This document shows, piece by piece, positions 34,985 through 46,768 of a stretch of DNA of 64,000 bases. The notes under the pieces are model-generated. The model made no database searches. It was not told the origin of the DNA and was given only the letters and a program-made list of their open reading frames with translations. The DNA is from Chara braunii. Taxonomy: Eukaryota; Plantae; Charophyceae. The translations under genes and the position numbers were made by a program. The DNA is taken from contig BFEA01000024.1 of NCBI GenBank assembly GCA_003427395.1, forward strand, positions 4,723,377 to 4,787,376, in the 5' to 3' direction. Numbering within the stretch: the first letter of the stretch is position 1; every line of letters begins with the position of its first letter.

Positions 34985-35860
34985 AGTAAACTGAGATCCT
35001 GGATAGAGTGCACTCAAACTGAACTTGCTAAAACTGAAAATCGAGCTCATTGGGTTCGGGCCCACTGAGACCGAATTGAGAACTGAGTTGATGTTTTTCC
35101 TGAAATGCTCACTTCCATATGAAATCAAAATTGAACTGAACGTGCTGAGATGAAACTGAACTCACCGCAATCTGATAGAATTCACCTAAACTGGAATTGA
35201 GTTGACTGACAAGAAACTGGATTCATCGATCTTGAGCCGAACTTGTTGAAATCAAACTTCTATCCTGAGCCTAAAACTGACTGAAACTGACTTCTTTGAT
35301 TTTGAACTGTCTGCCAGAAACTTCATTGAAAACTTATTTGCAACTTGCTGAACTAAGCTTAACTTCTGCTGAGAATTCACAGAGAACTGAAATTGATGCT
35401 TTCCCAGAAAACCACACTTAAATCTGAAATCAGATCTGAGCTGAACTTGCTGAAAACTGGATTGAACTCGAAAAAGCGGAACTGACTTCACTGAAACTTA
35501 TTGGAACTAAATTGAACTTGAAGAGATGAAACTGATCTCACTGAACTTAATGGAACTGAAATGAATCTGCAAAGACTCAACCCATTGAGACTGAGCTTAA
35601 AAAAACAAAATTAGGTCTTCAGAGATTGAACTGATCTTGTTTGTAAGTAGGAACTGGATTCTGAATTGAACTGTGACTAAATGTCATGGCTAGAGGATCA
35701 CTGGTTTGCAACTGATAACTCACTAAAGACTGAAACTGAATCTTTGTCGAAATTTTTACCGAAAACTGAAACTAGGTTTAACCCCCGAACTGAAGCTGGT
35801 AAAGTTGGACTAGAGTCACTGAAGTTAAACGAGCAACCGTAACAGAACTGACCTGTAGCT
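34985..35860. repeat. AACTGA/AATTGA-rich cryptic repeat
   Basis: Dozens of (A/G)A(A/C)TGA motifs with strong strand asymmetry. Confidence 0.8.
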
Positions 35861-37596
35861 AAGATTTTCCTTTGCAAAAGGTTTCCCTTCACCATGTGAT
35901 GAGCCTGATCTCATAAAGAGTGTATTCCGTTCACCGAGTCTGAATTCATCGAAATTGGATTAAGTTTGTTATTTTTTGATTCACTCATTGGTTTCTATTC
36001 TGGGTCTGTTCAAAATTAGGTTGCAGTCTGTTTGCTCTTCTGGTTGCCGCATAGTGTCTGGCCTTAGTGTGTTTCTCAGTACCCGATATTTGTTTTTGCT
36101 CAAAGTGGTACTTTGGTTACTGCTCAGAAACGAATACGTGTCTAGGCTTTGACAAGTGTTTGAAGCATGGATTCAATCTGAGTTCAGAGTTTGAACTTAG
36201 TCAGAACAAGAGCTTGACTACCATATATGCTTAACTCTGTTCAGAAAATGGACCTGATCCTTGTCACAACATACATCTCAGTCTGATTGGAGAAAAATGG
36301 GTGAGCTCTGTCAGAAACATATATCTCAGTTTGATTGGAAAATGAGTCAGAGTGTACTTCAGCGTGTGCTGAAACGAAACTGTAGTCTCAGTTCGTGTTC
36401 CATCTGTCCTAGTGGAGCACCTTGAGAAACACTCCAGCTCAGCTGTTGTTGTTCGTGCCTGCTTTTATTAAAAAAAAAAAAGTTTGTCTCCACTCTACCA
36501 TAATCGAGGTCAAGTGTTAGTTCCGATGAAAGTTTTCTGCCACTGGACTTCGCTGAGAATTTATGTAACTGACGTTTAGTGTAATTGAGATCTGTTATTT
36601 TTTGAAAATCCTTGTTGGTCTGGGCCACAGAGTTTGAGTTCACCTGTCACTAGCTGGAGTCCGAGCTCTGATCAGTCTGCACGATGGTTGAAATTTGTGT
36701 CATCCTGAATCTGTTGTTTGCTTCAAACTCGGCTTAGAGTTTATTGTTTTCTGCGGACTCAAGTATTGAATCTCGTGTTTGTGACAAAGTCAATCCAAAT
36801 TTTGTTGTTGGCTACGGACTTAACTTGAGTCTGTCATTTGTTGAGTCCGCGATTCGCTCGGTTTGAGGCCCTAGGAAGTAGAGACTGTTGAAGACAACTT
36901 TAGAGGGCTGCAACTTTAAAAGGTATCGGTGATTAATAACTCTAAGCCCGAATATCATTAAAGGTTCAATTTTAGGAAGGCCTATTAGCCCACGTGTACT
37001 GCAAGGCAACGACGGAAATTCTACTGCTCACTACAACTGAATTACAGCAAAGAAATGGACAGAGGAAGCTCAACGCCCTTACCTGGGGTTTTGGATGAAG
37101 AGGCGCTGAAGCTCCTCAGGGACACGCGGGCCTCCTCCCAAGTTGCTCACAATAGGGATGCACATTTGCTATATTTAGAGAATCACTCCGCATCATTGAG
37201 GCCCATTGAGCGTGAACGCTGCCTTGAGCAGCGAAGCAGACAACACGCGCAAACCTGCGCAACGAAGCGACGAATAATTCAGTAAGTTTTGAAAGAGGTT
37301 ATTTTTTTAATTTTCACAGAGCTCGTGCACGCGATTTTTCAAGGGTTCCCACCCGCCTTATTTCCCTCGTTGCTGGCCCTCGTAGGCCACTGTTTTTAAG
37401 CATTAACTTCTTGATTTTTTTGGACTTATCCTAAGATTCCCTGTACCCCAAGAATCAAATCAAACTGGCACCCTGAACATCACCTTCCACAAACCGCCGT
37501 GCGCAGGCGGGGAAACTGAAAACACTTGCTGCAACTTATGTGGATGGTGTTGCGAGAAGTTTGACATATTTTTCATTCGCCAAGGTTTTTTTTTAA

Positions 37597-37624
37597 GTCC
37601 GCGTTCGGCCCGTCCCGAACGCGA

Positions 37625-37716
<92 letters not shown>

Positions 37717-38012
37717 GCCTCCTGATGAGTCGGTGAAACTCCGACGAAACAGTTTGTCACAGCCCTTCGTTTGTTGTCCTCTTCTCTCTCTCTGCCTACG
37801 GTTTACCGGGCAGTTCTGTTTGTGACGATATATATATATATATATACAGGATAAGCGGCGTTCGAGACGGACCGAACGTCCGAACCCCAACTCCAGGGTG
37901 TTTTTTGACGATATATATATATACAGGGTTGCCGGCGTTCGGACGGGACAAACGCCCGAACGTACGGGACCCCTTCGGAAGGCGTTCGGCCGTTCGGCCC
38001 GAACGTGTAAAA

Positions 38013-38049
<37 letters not shown>

Positions 38050-38550
38050 AAAAAATTGAAACAAAACTATGTTATGGAGACAAATAAACTAAACAACATT
38101 TGCCTGGACACTACATCTAAATTCTTTATCAAATTTTAATTAAAAATCCAATACAAAAAATAAACACTATGATAAAAATAAGAAAAAATAAAAAGAGACT
38201 TAAAATGAGTGAGTGTGCCAGCACCTTTTAGACGCCACCATCTTTGCCGATTTTTAATTATTTTTTGGCATTGACAAATGCCATGAAAATTTACAGATAT
38301 GCAGTTTACATAATCAATAACTCATTAAAAACTTTTCAAAAAATAATAAAATTGTTCAGGCCCCGAAATAAAATGAAAACAAAAAGTTAAAAGTCAAAAA
38401 AAAAAAATAGTGAGTGGGCGAGCACGTTTTGACACCCCCATCTTTGACGATTTTTAATGGTTTTCGGGCTTAGCAGAATGGCTTCAAAATTAATGCGCGT
38501 GTAGGTTACATCATAGAGAACTCACAAAAAAAACAATTCAGAAAAAAAAA

Positions 38551-38595
<45 letters not shown>

Positions 38596-38700
38596 GGTCA
38601 CCACCCCGTACGTACGAAGGTCCCCGGGCAGACCTCCGTTCGAACGGGCGTTCGGGGTCCCGTACGAGGTCCGAACTCGACGGCGTTCGGCCCCCGCCAA
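37597..38700. mobile_element. Cluster of short GTTCGG/CCGAAC-rich modules separated by (TA)n runs (transposon ends or MITEs)
   Basis: Five (TA)n tracts; three modules start (TA)n-CAGG and two end GACGA-(TA)n. Confidence 0.65.
37715..37765 (+). ncRNA. Hammerhead ribozyme core (type I-like; stem I not formed locally)
   Basis: CTGATGA (37722-37728), stem II GTCGG/CCGAC, GAAA, minimal stem III ACA-GTT-TGT, GTC cleavage triplet ending at 37758. Confidence 0.6.
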
Positions 38701-38850
38701 AAATGATTTCGGGGCCTAAAAATAATTATTTTTTTCTGAATGTTTTTTTGTGAGTTCTCTATAACGTGAGGTACATGCCTGTAAATTTTCAAGTCACTTG
38801 GCTAAGCCAAATAAAAATTAAAAATCGCCAAAGATGGTGGTGTCGGGGCA
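38200..38850. repeat. ~150-200-bp AT-rich repeat family: two direct copies (38200-38550) and one inverted copy (38700-38845)
   Basis: Shared core GAC(G/A)CC(A/C)CCATCTTTG(C/A/G)CGATTTTTAAT. Confidence 0.8.
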
Positions 38851-39129
38851 GAAACCCTGACAAGGGTATCTGCCCGTGTTTTTCAACGTCGGACGTTGTC
38901 TGACCTTTTTACTTATTTGGAAAACTTGATGAGATTCACGTTGCCAAGGTTTATTCAAACCATCGCTATGACTGAGAAACTTAAACTTTCTTGAACCTGT
39001 CATCGTCGATGCAGGACGGCATCGACGTTCGTATGGGATAACGGGGGTCTGTACTGTCATCCGCGGGTTCGACAAGGCCGCAGTAGTATGCGGTCATGGG
39101 AAAACTAAAGTTGAAGCCTAGGCTACCTA

Positions 39130-39660
39130 AACAACCGCGCGATTTAGGGCCTAAGCGGGCCAAAAAGGGGCCACCGCGGCAAGATGGACCGCGGCGTGAA
39201 GGGATGGCTTAGGGTCCATACGGCTTTTGCGCCGAGGACCCGGGGGCGAAGGCGTTGAGGCCGGCTGAGTAGGGCAGCTGCTAAAGCTGTCGGCCGCCGA
39301 CCCCGCCCGCCAGCCACGGCATCAAGCTGGCTTAGCAGGCGTAGCCTGCTAGGCACTAGGAAGGGGTCTGTTGGGCACCACGAGCCCTTCATATAGAAGG
39401 GCCGCTCCTTTTCTTCTGTGAAAAGGAGCTAACCCAGTAGCTACCGTCGCCAGATTGCCACCCCGCAGACATGGGGATCGAACCTGACCAACGTACTACC
39501 GGGCTAGCTCCTTTTGGAGCAGCCCGCGATTTGGCAAGGGGTGCGACCGATTTCCGGCCGTGCGATCTTCGAGATCGCGCGGCTGAAGTCAGCCGCGCCG
39601 GGGTGAAAAGGCCCCTGAAAGGATGACACGCATAGGCCGAGAAATGGTTCAAAGTTTTTC
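39130..39660. ncRNA. Unidentified GC-rich, densely hairpinned non-coding block
   Basis: Perfect or near-perfect stems at 39333-39351, 39384-39402, 39404-39429, 39421-39515, 39562-39578 and 39577-39598, followed by T and A runs. Confidence 0.45.
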
Positions 39661-40189
39661 TTTTTTTGAAAAAAAATAAAATAAAAAAAATTTACTTTTT
39701 TCTCTTCTTAATTCGTCTAAGTCGACCCTTAGCCGGCAAGCGTAAAGCGGTCGTCTGCACCTAGGGTCCAGGCTTCTTCTCTCTATGAGGCATCCGAGGT
39801 GGGGTTCGTTGCCTTAGGGGCCGGCCCTGTTATCGACTCGGAGCGGACCGCTTATGCGGGGGAATACCATGCTGTTGCGGTGGAGCCAGCCCAACTTCTG
39901 AGTCCTGAACAATGTGTTCAAGCGAGGGGGAGGGGTATTCCAAGCCACTTCCTAGAGGGTAGGGTGTCTTGACGCGAGGGGAGTCGCCTCCTCGTGCTTT
40001 CAGGAAAAGGGGAGGTTGAACCTGGCATCTTGTTGGGTGGCCATTTTAGGAGCCACCAACGTGTGGGAGTGCTGGCGCCATAAGAAGCCCAACCCATGAT
40101 TCAACTAGTGTTAGTGGGAGTGCAAATAGGCACTACTATCGCGATCGGACCGTGACACAAGAATCACAACCCGAAAAGTGGAGTGAAGA

Positions 40190-41392
40190 TTGAACATGGA
40201 AATGGGTATGTCTGAATTATTTTGACAAGAGTTACCGCTTCGTCGTTCAGATGCTTGCGAAACCGGTGATTCTCCGATTGTTCAGCACATGCGAGGCGGC
40301 GGCTAACTGGTTAGCGGTGTCGACGTGATCCCGCGCCGGCACGACACGAAAAGGAAGGCTGGTGTACGACCCCCTTGAAGTTTACTCGGAACGGGATGCG
40401 CCGCGATTCTGGGACGGAAGCGTGAGGAAACCACCGCGGAGTTATATTTTATTGGTTGAACCAAACCAGCATATTGTGCGGTATGATTTTGCGCCTCCTA
40501 ATCCATCACGAGATTATGGAGACATGAACCTAGTTGTGGTTCACGAGGACACGCCGGGAGTAGAGACCATTCATTAGGTTAGAGAAATGTTCCTCTATAT
40601 CGTACTCCACCAGAATGATCTGCAAGGTCCGTTCGACCTCCTCCATCACGTGAAACGGGTCCAAGCGAATAAATTTAATATCATTCGCTCGGAACGTTTC
40701 GACGTCACCGCATTTTATGACAAGGCTTGTGAAATTTACGAGCGCCTCTTCTAACAAGTGGCTTCTTCGGTGTGCAGATGCCTGGCGGACAGCGAGACTT
40801 CACTCCGGCCAGGTATCTACTAATTCGCGACATTACGGACGAGGAGCTGATCCGGCGAGCGGAGCGATTATTACTGGTTCGGGATGGAGCGCACACGCAG
40901 TGGATTGGTTTTATCGACCTGCTCAGTGATCGGCAAGGATTTCTTCCCAACTCGCGCGCGGATGTTCACCCCAATGTGGCCCGACTTGCGGACGAAGTTC
41001 ATGGATACACCTTGTACTTCCATCGCACGAACGACCTTCAATGCCTTTCTCGGGCCATTGTGAGCGTAAAAATTACCCTATCTGGGGAGCGCTATGGCGT
41101 CATCCGGATTAAGGACACCACGACCACACACCTGTTTCAGATGCGTCAGCCGTTCCGCGCCATAGTCTGGAAGCTCGCCTCACGGATGACTTCTCTCTAT
41201 GATACGCGAAAGGTTCGAGTCTCGCAAGGTGGACGCGTCTCCACCTTGACGTTTGACGACGAGGAGCTTACGAGGCTCGGCCGGATAGAGGCTGAGGCCC
41301 GTGAGGGCGGACAGGTTTATCCCGGCTACGCGCACCCTCTCGAATCAGGTGCCACAGTAAGTTGTCCTTATAGTAAGGTCACGTCCATGTGA
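40190..41392 (+). pseudogene. Intronless orphan ORF of ~400 codons with a few stops and one frameshift
   Basis: One frame reads through 40200-40790 with three isolated stops, then continues as the 206-aa ORF 40772-41392. Globular-protein-like composition; A-rich tract downstream. Confidence 0.55.
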
Positions 41393-42494
41393 CTCTACAA
41401 GGGTAATAAAAAAAATAAAAAAAACACAATCTTGCGTAGGTAGGCCACCAGATGGATAGTATCTGGATTGCCCCGATGAAAGCACTATCATGCTCATGCA
41501 TTGAGGGGTAATCGATCATTTAGATATAAATTGAGCAAGGTGAAAATGGAATATTTGAGAGGGTGCTGAGCGGAGCAACGAGGACGAAGTAACAGAAGAC
41601 GAGACTGTCCCACGCCAAGTAACCTCGTGTTGGCAATGGCTACTTCGTCATTCGTGGAACAGAGAGAGTAATTATCATTTAGGAGGACAAAGCGACCGAC
41701 AAAGTTACATTCCCCCCTCCGGGTAGGCAGACGTGATACGAAAACGTGGTCGAATCGAGAGTTCAAACATCGACCAGGAGCCAGATCACTTGTAGTCTGC
41801 ATGATACAAGTAGTATTTACTTGTTAAAGCTGTGCGCGACGGATTTTTCGTCCGCGGACGACGGTACAATCGTCTCTTCGGTCATGTAGGAAGGAAATTA
41901 TAATCTTGGCAGGTCATCTCTTCAAGTCAAAATATTGTTTACGTCATGGTTTTATTCATTTTATGAGTAGGGGATTATAAAGGGCCTAGGATTACATGTG
42001 GGGGTTCACGTTTGGTTGAAGCCATCCTAGTCGACCGACGCTCGTTCGTACCAAGGAGATCAGCGCACTCGGGAACGGACAACGTTCGGGTCCACTTGGC
42101 GTTAACCAAGCGAACCTATACTTCAGCAAACGAGCAAACGCCCTCGGCTGACCTACCTCTGCAATTGCATATAAAAGTTTTCGCACGTGGGTCAGTAGCT
42201 CGGTAGGGATACGCCCCTGAGGGTGGTGACAGCCCCTCAGGGAAAATAAGTTGTGCACTGCGAAAATCTATCCTGCCGTAGGGGACCGCGGGATGTATAG
42301 CTGGCGCACCCGGCTAGAGCGGCGAAGGGACGATGCAACCGCGTCCGTCTCGGCGGTTCGCGAAATCACTTATGCATCGTCCTAAGTTGTTTCTTGATTT
42401 TGTTTTGTTCTAACTCCTGTGTGACATAGTCGGGAGGGTCCTCGTTCACGCGAGGGCCGATGCGCTCGACAGCGGTATCAAAAGGTGCTCGCCC

Positions 42495-42680
42495 ACGTAT
42501 TTTTTCACTTTTACTTTTTGTTTTCACTTTAGTTCGGGATCTAAACAATTATTTTATTTTTTGTAACTTTTTTAGTGGGTTTTGTATTATGGGAAGTACA
42601 CATCTTTACATTTTCAGGGCATTTAGCTATGCCCAAAAAAAAAGAAAAATCGCCAAAGATGGCGGTGTCGAAAACATGCT
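42495..42680. repeat. Inverted copy of the 38200-38405 repeat
   Basis: Colinear reverse-complement similarity including AAAATCGCCAAAGATGGCGGTGTC. Confidence 0.8.
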
Positions 42681-42739
42681 CTTCTTTAAATCCCCTCCCC
42701 CTCCATCCCGCCCCTCTCCCTTGTTTCCTATAAATCTTC

Positions 42740-44380
42740 ACTGCTTGTTGAAGGGAAGCAAGCAGAGCTCCCTCTGTAACTCGAGGCTTCCTTTCTTATG
42801 ATGAAAGTAATCATAAGAGAAAAAATATAAAATTGAAAACACCAAAAAAAACTTCTCGGCAAGATACGTGATTGAGCTAGTACCGCACACCCTTGGAGAA
42901 GTACTGGTCCGTTTGTGGTTCCAATTATTCAATCCGTGCCTTGGTTTTAAACCAGTTTCTCGTCCTTCAATTCTAATATTTATGTCAAAAATAGAATCCT
43001 TGACAACAATCATGGCCTGAATGTATTGAATGCTTAATCAGTGCACAAGACTGCTTGTGAAAACAGAAAATCAGGCCGATACAAAAGCCGAGAAGTCTTA
43101 TAACGAACAACCTCAATTCTGAGCTACTTGGTCCGTTAAAACTTCTATTCACAAATTGGTCAGCCAAATATTGCTAAAAACTCTAAACAAATCGCAAACC
43201 CTAACCTGCTCACCTGCTGACCACGAGGATGATGAAAAGTACAAGGGTTGAAAATTTTCTTCCAACGATAAGGTAACTACGGCCTTGCTCATGATCAGCC
43301 TACGACTTTTCCCTGCCTCTTCTCTGAAGGTTTCCTTGAAATCACTCCCCGTTTTTTTGCATAAAATAATAGTTAACCAAGCTTCCTCCCCAAAATGCCA
43401 AAGTATTTCGAGATGAAGACAATCCCTTCCTGCCCACACCACATCCTTAAAAAATCCTTTATTTGTCGTCTTCAAACGTTGAAACCCCTATTCTTGGGTG
43501 TTGCGTGCGTCCAAAAGGTCGACAAGCTTTTCAAAAAATATACCACCAATAGGAACATTTTCTGCGCTTTCGAGGACGATTCCCAGACCCATGAAAGCGG
43601 ATCCTCTCTCGCCCGGCCACATCTTCGTCTCCTCAAAATTCACCTCAATTGTTGTTGCGAGCTCATGTTTACTTAAATCGATTATGAATCGATCGACATT
43701 CCTAACCTTGATGGTACTCGTTAAGACAACGCCAAGAATCTAGTGTTTCAGCGCCCGGATCTACATGGAGCGGTAAACAATTACTAAATCATGCGCGACT
43801 CTTGCTCTAATAAGTCTGCAAGACCAATGACGATCTAGAAATTCATTCATTGCCCTCATTACAAATTGAATGTTGATATGATGATTGAAACTGTACCGAA
43901 ACTTTTCTAATTTCCAGTCTCTGAAAAACTTCGCTTGCCCTGGAGATGACAGCGTCACCGTGCCTTGGTCCAGAACTAGATAACCGCTTAGGCCGTCATA
44001 GCAGCTGAAGGTTTCATCCCGCTTCCCAGAGCCTACCCTCAACTCCTTTACTTCTTTACCAATTTTTTGCTAACTTCTCCTTCGAAAAGGTCAACTACCG
44101 TAGTGAGGATGACTGTTCCCCGGTCCCCCCAGATCCTACCACCCCAAAGGTCACGCGCATCATTGTCCTAATTAGAGTGAGCGAACCTCCAGAAGTCTCT
44201 TTTTCTCTTGATTCCCACAACCTTCTTGAAGGCAGAGCGAGTACACGGCTATGACGATAATATATGGGCTTCTTCCTTAACCGACGACAACTTGGACTAC
44301 TAGCCTCCCAATCTATGGTTAACCAGTCTATCCGTCCTCACACACATTCCAGAGGTACACCAATCCTAGGCAAACTTCAT
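42740..44380 (-). pseudogene. Decayed intronless orphan ORF
   Basis: ORF pieces 43761-44042, 43149-43475 and 42738-43013 are in the same frame, linked by stretches with scattered stops (e.g. ILGVVLTSTIKVRNVDRFIIDLSKHELATTIEVNFEETKMW). Confidence 0.55.
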
Positions 44381-44599
44381 ACTTATACAAAGTGGTTAGC
44401 GCCCCTCGGCGGCGAGTGCAATCCCTTGGCTCCAACTTTGGCAAATTTATCCCCCCTCGTTTTTTTTTCTTTTCTTTTAATTTCCTTACCCTGACCTACC
44501 CCAGAGTCTTCGCAAGTTGGCACTTTTTTTTTTTTTTTTTTTTTTAACGGTCAGATCTAACATTTTTGATTTCTCTCTCCGAAGCTCCCGTCACTCCGT

Positions 44600-46700
44600 C
44601 CCTTCCTTCTAGTATCCTCAAGCATCATGGTTGTAGCTGAATTATTTGATTTTATATTCCAACTCAATAAATAAGTGAGCGTTTTCAACCTACTTTGGTT
44701 ATGGCGGCCTATTATCATGGTCCAGATTTATCATTTTTTTTTTTTTTTTTGAAGTTCGGATAATTTGCCCTATCATAAACTCGACAGTCGGTAGCTATGT
44801 ATATTGAAAGTACGGTTTGATTTCGAAAACTTTAGCAACCAAGTCCCGAAATAAACAACGATAGTTCTGCTCATATCGTTCAGTTATGCGCCATCGAGTG
44901 ACCTGATCCAAGTTTGATCTACTTATGCTAGGATAAGAGGGTTAGTTTGAGAAAAGGCTTTGTGAAGATTGCGAGTACTCCTTTTAGCCTAGTTATGCTT
45001 TTTAGTATGGACCAACATCTAGTAAAGTACAACCACATTGCTCTTAGTTTTTACCAACTCTTTTCGGTGACAGTTAGACCTCAACCTCCTGTCTCAACTT
45101 GGTTTTGTCCCTCTCTCCTTGAATTAATAGCTCAGGGCTGATGTTCCCACACTTTTTTTTTTTTTTTTTTTTTTCAGATCGTCGAGGTGAGGGTTGCCTC
45201 CTTAGGTATCTAACTTTACAAGTATTATCTTGAGCTCAAATGAATGATTGTTCTTTAATATGGTTTTATTAACCGATTTTTATTCATAACAAACTTCTTC
45301 TACACTAATACGATGTTTGTATTTCAATCGGAGGTTGCTCTTCTCGCTCTCTGCTATAAGGCAAGCACAGTAACTAATAAACCATCAATGTTTGACGCGG
45401 CTATTGGTCTTAAAAGAGAATAAAGTAGAAACATTTCGAGTCGATTGAATTTGGGTATTTTCGTAGTGACCTGTACGTTTCCTAAAATTGTGGTCTGTTA
45501 ACGGACACAACTTTAGAAAATACTGATGGTTAATGATCATAGTAAAACCTAAGCCTATTCCCTTTTAACAATTCATATTCAATTTCCTCACTGCCTCTCC
45601 CTTTCAACTCTTAATCCTTTTCTCCTACCTACCCTTCCCTTCTTCCTCTTTTTTGGGGGGGGCAGAGGGGGGGGGCAAAGCAGGTTATCCTTACTCTTCT
45701 ACCTATTTTCTTAAACAAATCATAGTAGGCTTCCCCTTCTCCTTAATAGGTCTAATTTCATAAGTAAGTTTTTTTTTCATCTTTAAAAAAACAGAACACC
45801 TTGTGCCCAACCTTCTTGGATAAGATATATGACCATGTCACAAAAATACTCCTGATTCGAATTTTGGTTCCACGAGGCAAATTCATCCAAATTGCATATG
45901 GATCCTATTTATTGCAGACCTGATCGCCGCCTTTAAGATCCCGGACACCAAATGCTATCTTATGACAAACCACATAACCAACCTAAACCACTTATGATGC
46001 TAATTCTCCAACCGAAGTTAACTAAACTTAGTATTCTTATCGAATAGGTTGCACCCTTGATCACTACTTTGAAGTCAATTACTTCATTCTGATCATCTTA
46101 GATGGTTAAGGAACTCAAGTTCTACATATCCATTCGTGGGATAGGTAGGTACCCTTCCTATTTTCCAACATATGTTCAAATGGCAAATTATGACATCGAT
46201 TCAGTTAATAACTCAACTATACAGAGTATCAAACTAAAATACACTACGTTCTAGATCGTCACCCTAAAGCAGTGAGTACTTAGGCTTCCTTTCGTTCATT
46301 GTCATAACGAGTGATTTGCCCTTTCCTCTTCTTGATCCGATAATATTTAATTCAAAGTAGGAGGTAGCAAATCAAGCTACTATCATTAATATTCTTATAA
46401 TATAGCTTAACACAAGTTTCGATCTCAGGCCTAACCCTCGGAATTCGACACCAATCTTTGTGTTCCCTATAAAGCACTTACCATTTTTTTGCCCAGACTC
46501 ATCACGGATAACAGTCTTCCTATGAATCAGGTGATCCTACATGACGTATACTTCCTTAAATTACCTTGAGCTCGAACAAAAATTTTCAATAACGACAAAG
46601 AATACTTCTAAATTTCACGCCTTGTACCGATTGAAGAGTTCCAAATGAGCCTTCTTACTCATTCGTAACTATAATTGCTCAGGGCGGACAAGTATAAAGT
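44600..46700 (-). pseudogene. Two further heavily decayed AT-rich orphan ORFs (~44600-45560 and ~45780-46700)
   Basis: Long minus-strand frames with sparse stops (MIINHQYFLKLCPLTDHNFRKRTGHYENTQ...; VCHKIAFGVRDLKGGDQVC...), separated by polypurine tracts. Confidence 0.35.
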
Positions 46701-46768
46701 AGATGACACACATTCATGAAACAGAAATAAGTAAGCTTACTGAACTTAATCTTAAAAAATAAACGTAG

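Noticed and set aside
39110-39160. Telomerase RNA template or pistol ribozyme
   Set aside because: CCTAAAC and TAGGGCCTAAGCG are only partial matches; the full template and required helices are absent.
40772-41392. Fanzor/TnpB nuclease with omegaRNA
   Set aside because: No RuvC or zinc-finger motifs visible in the translation.
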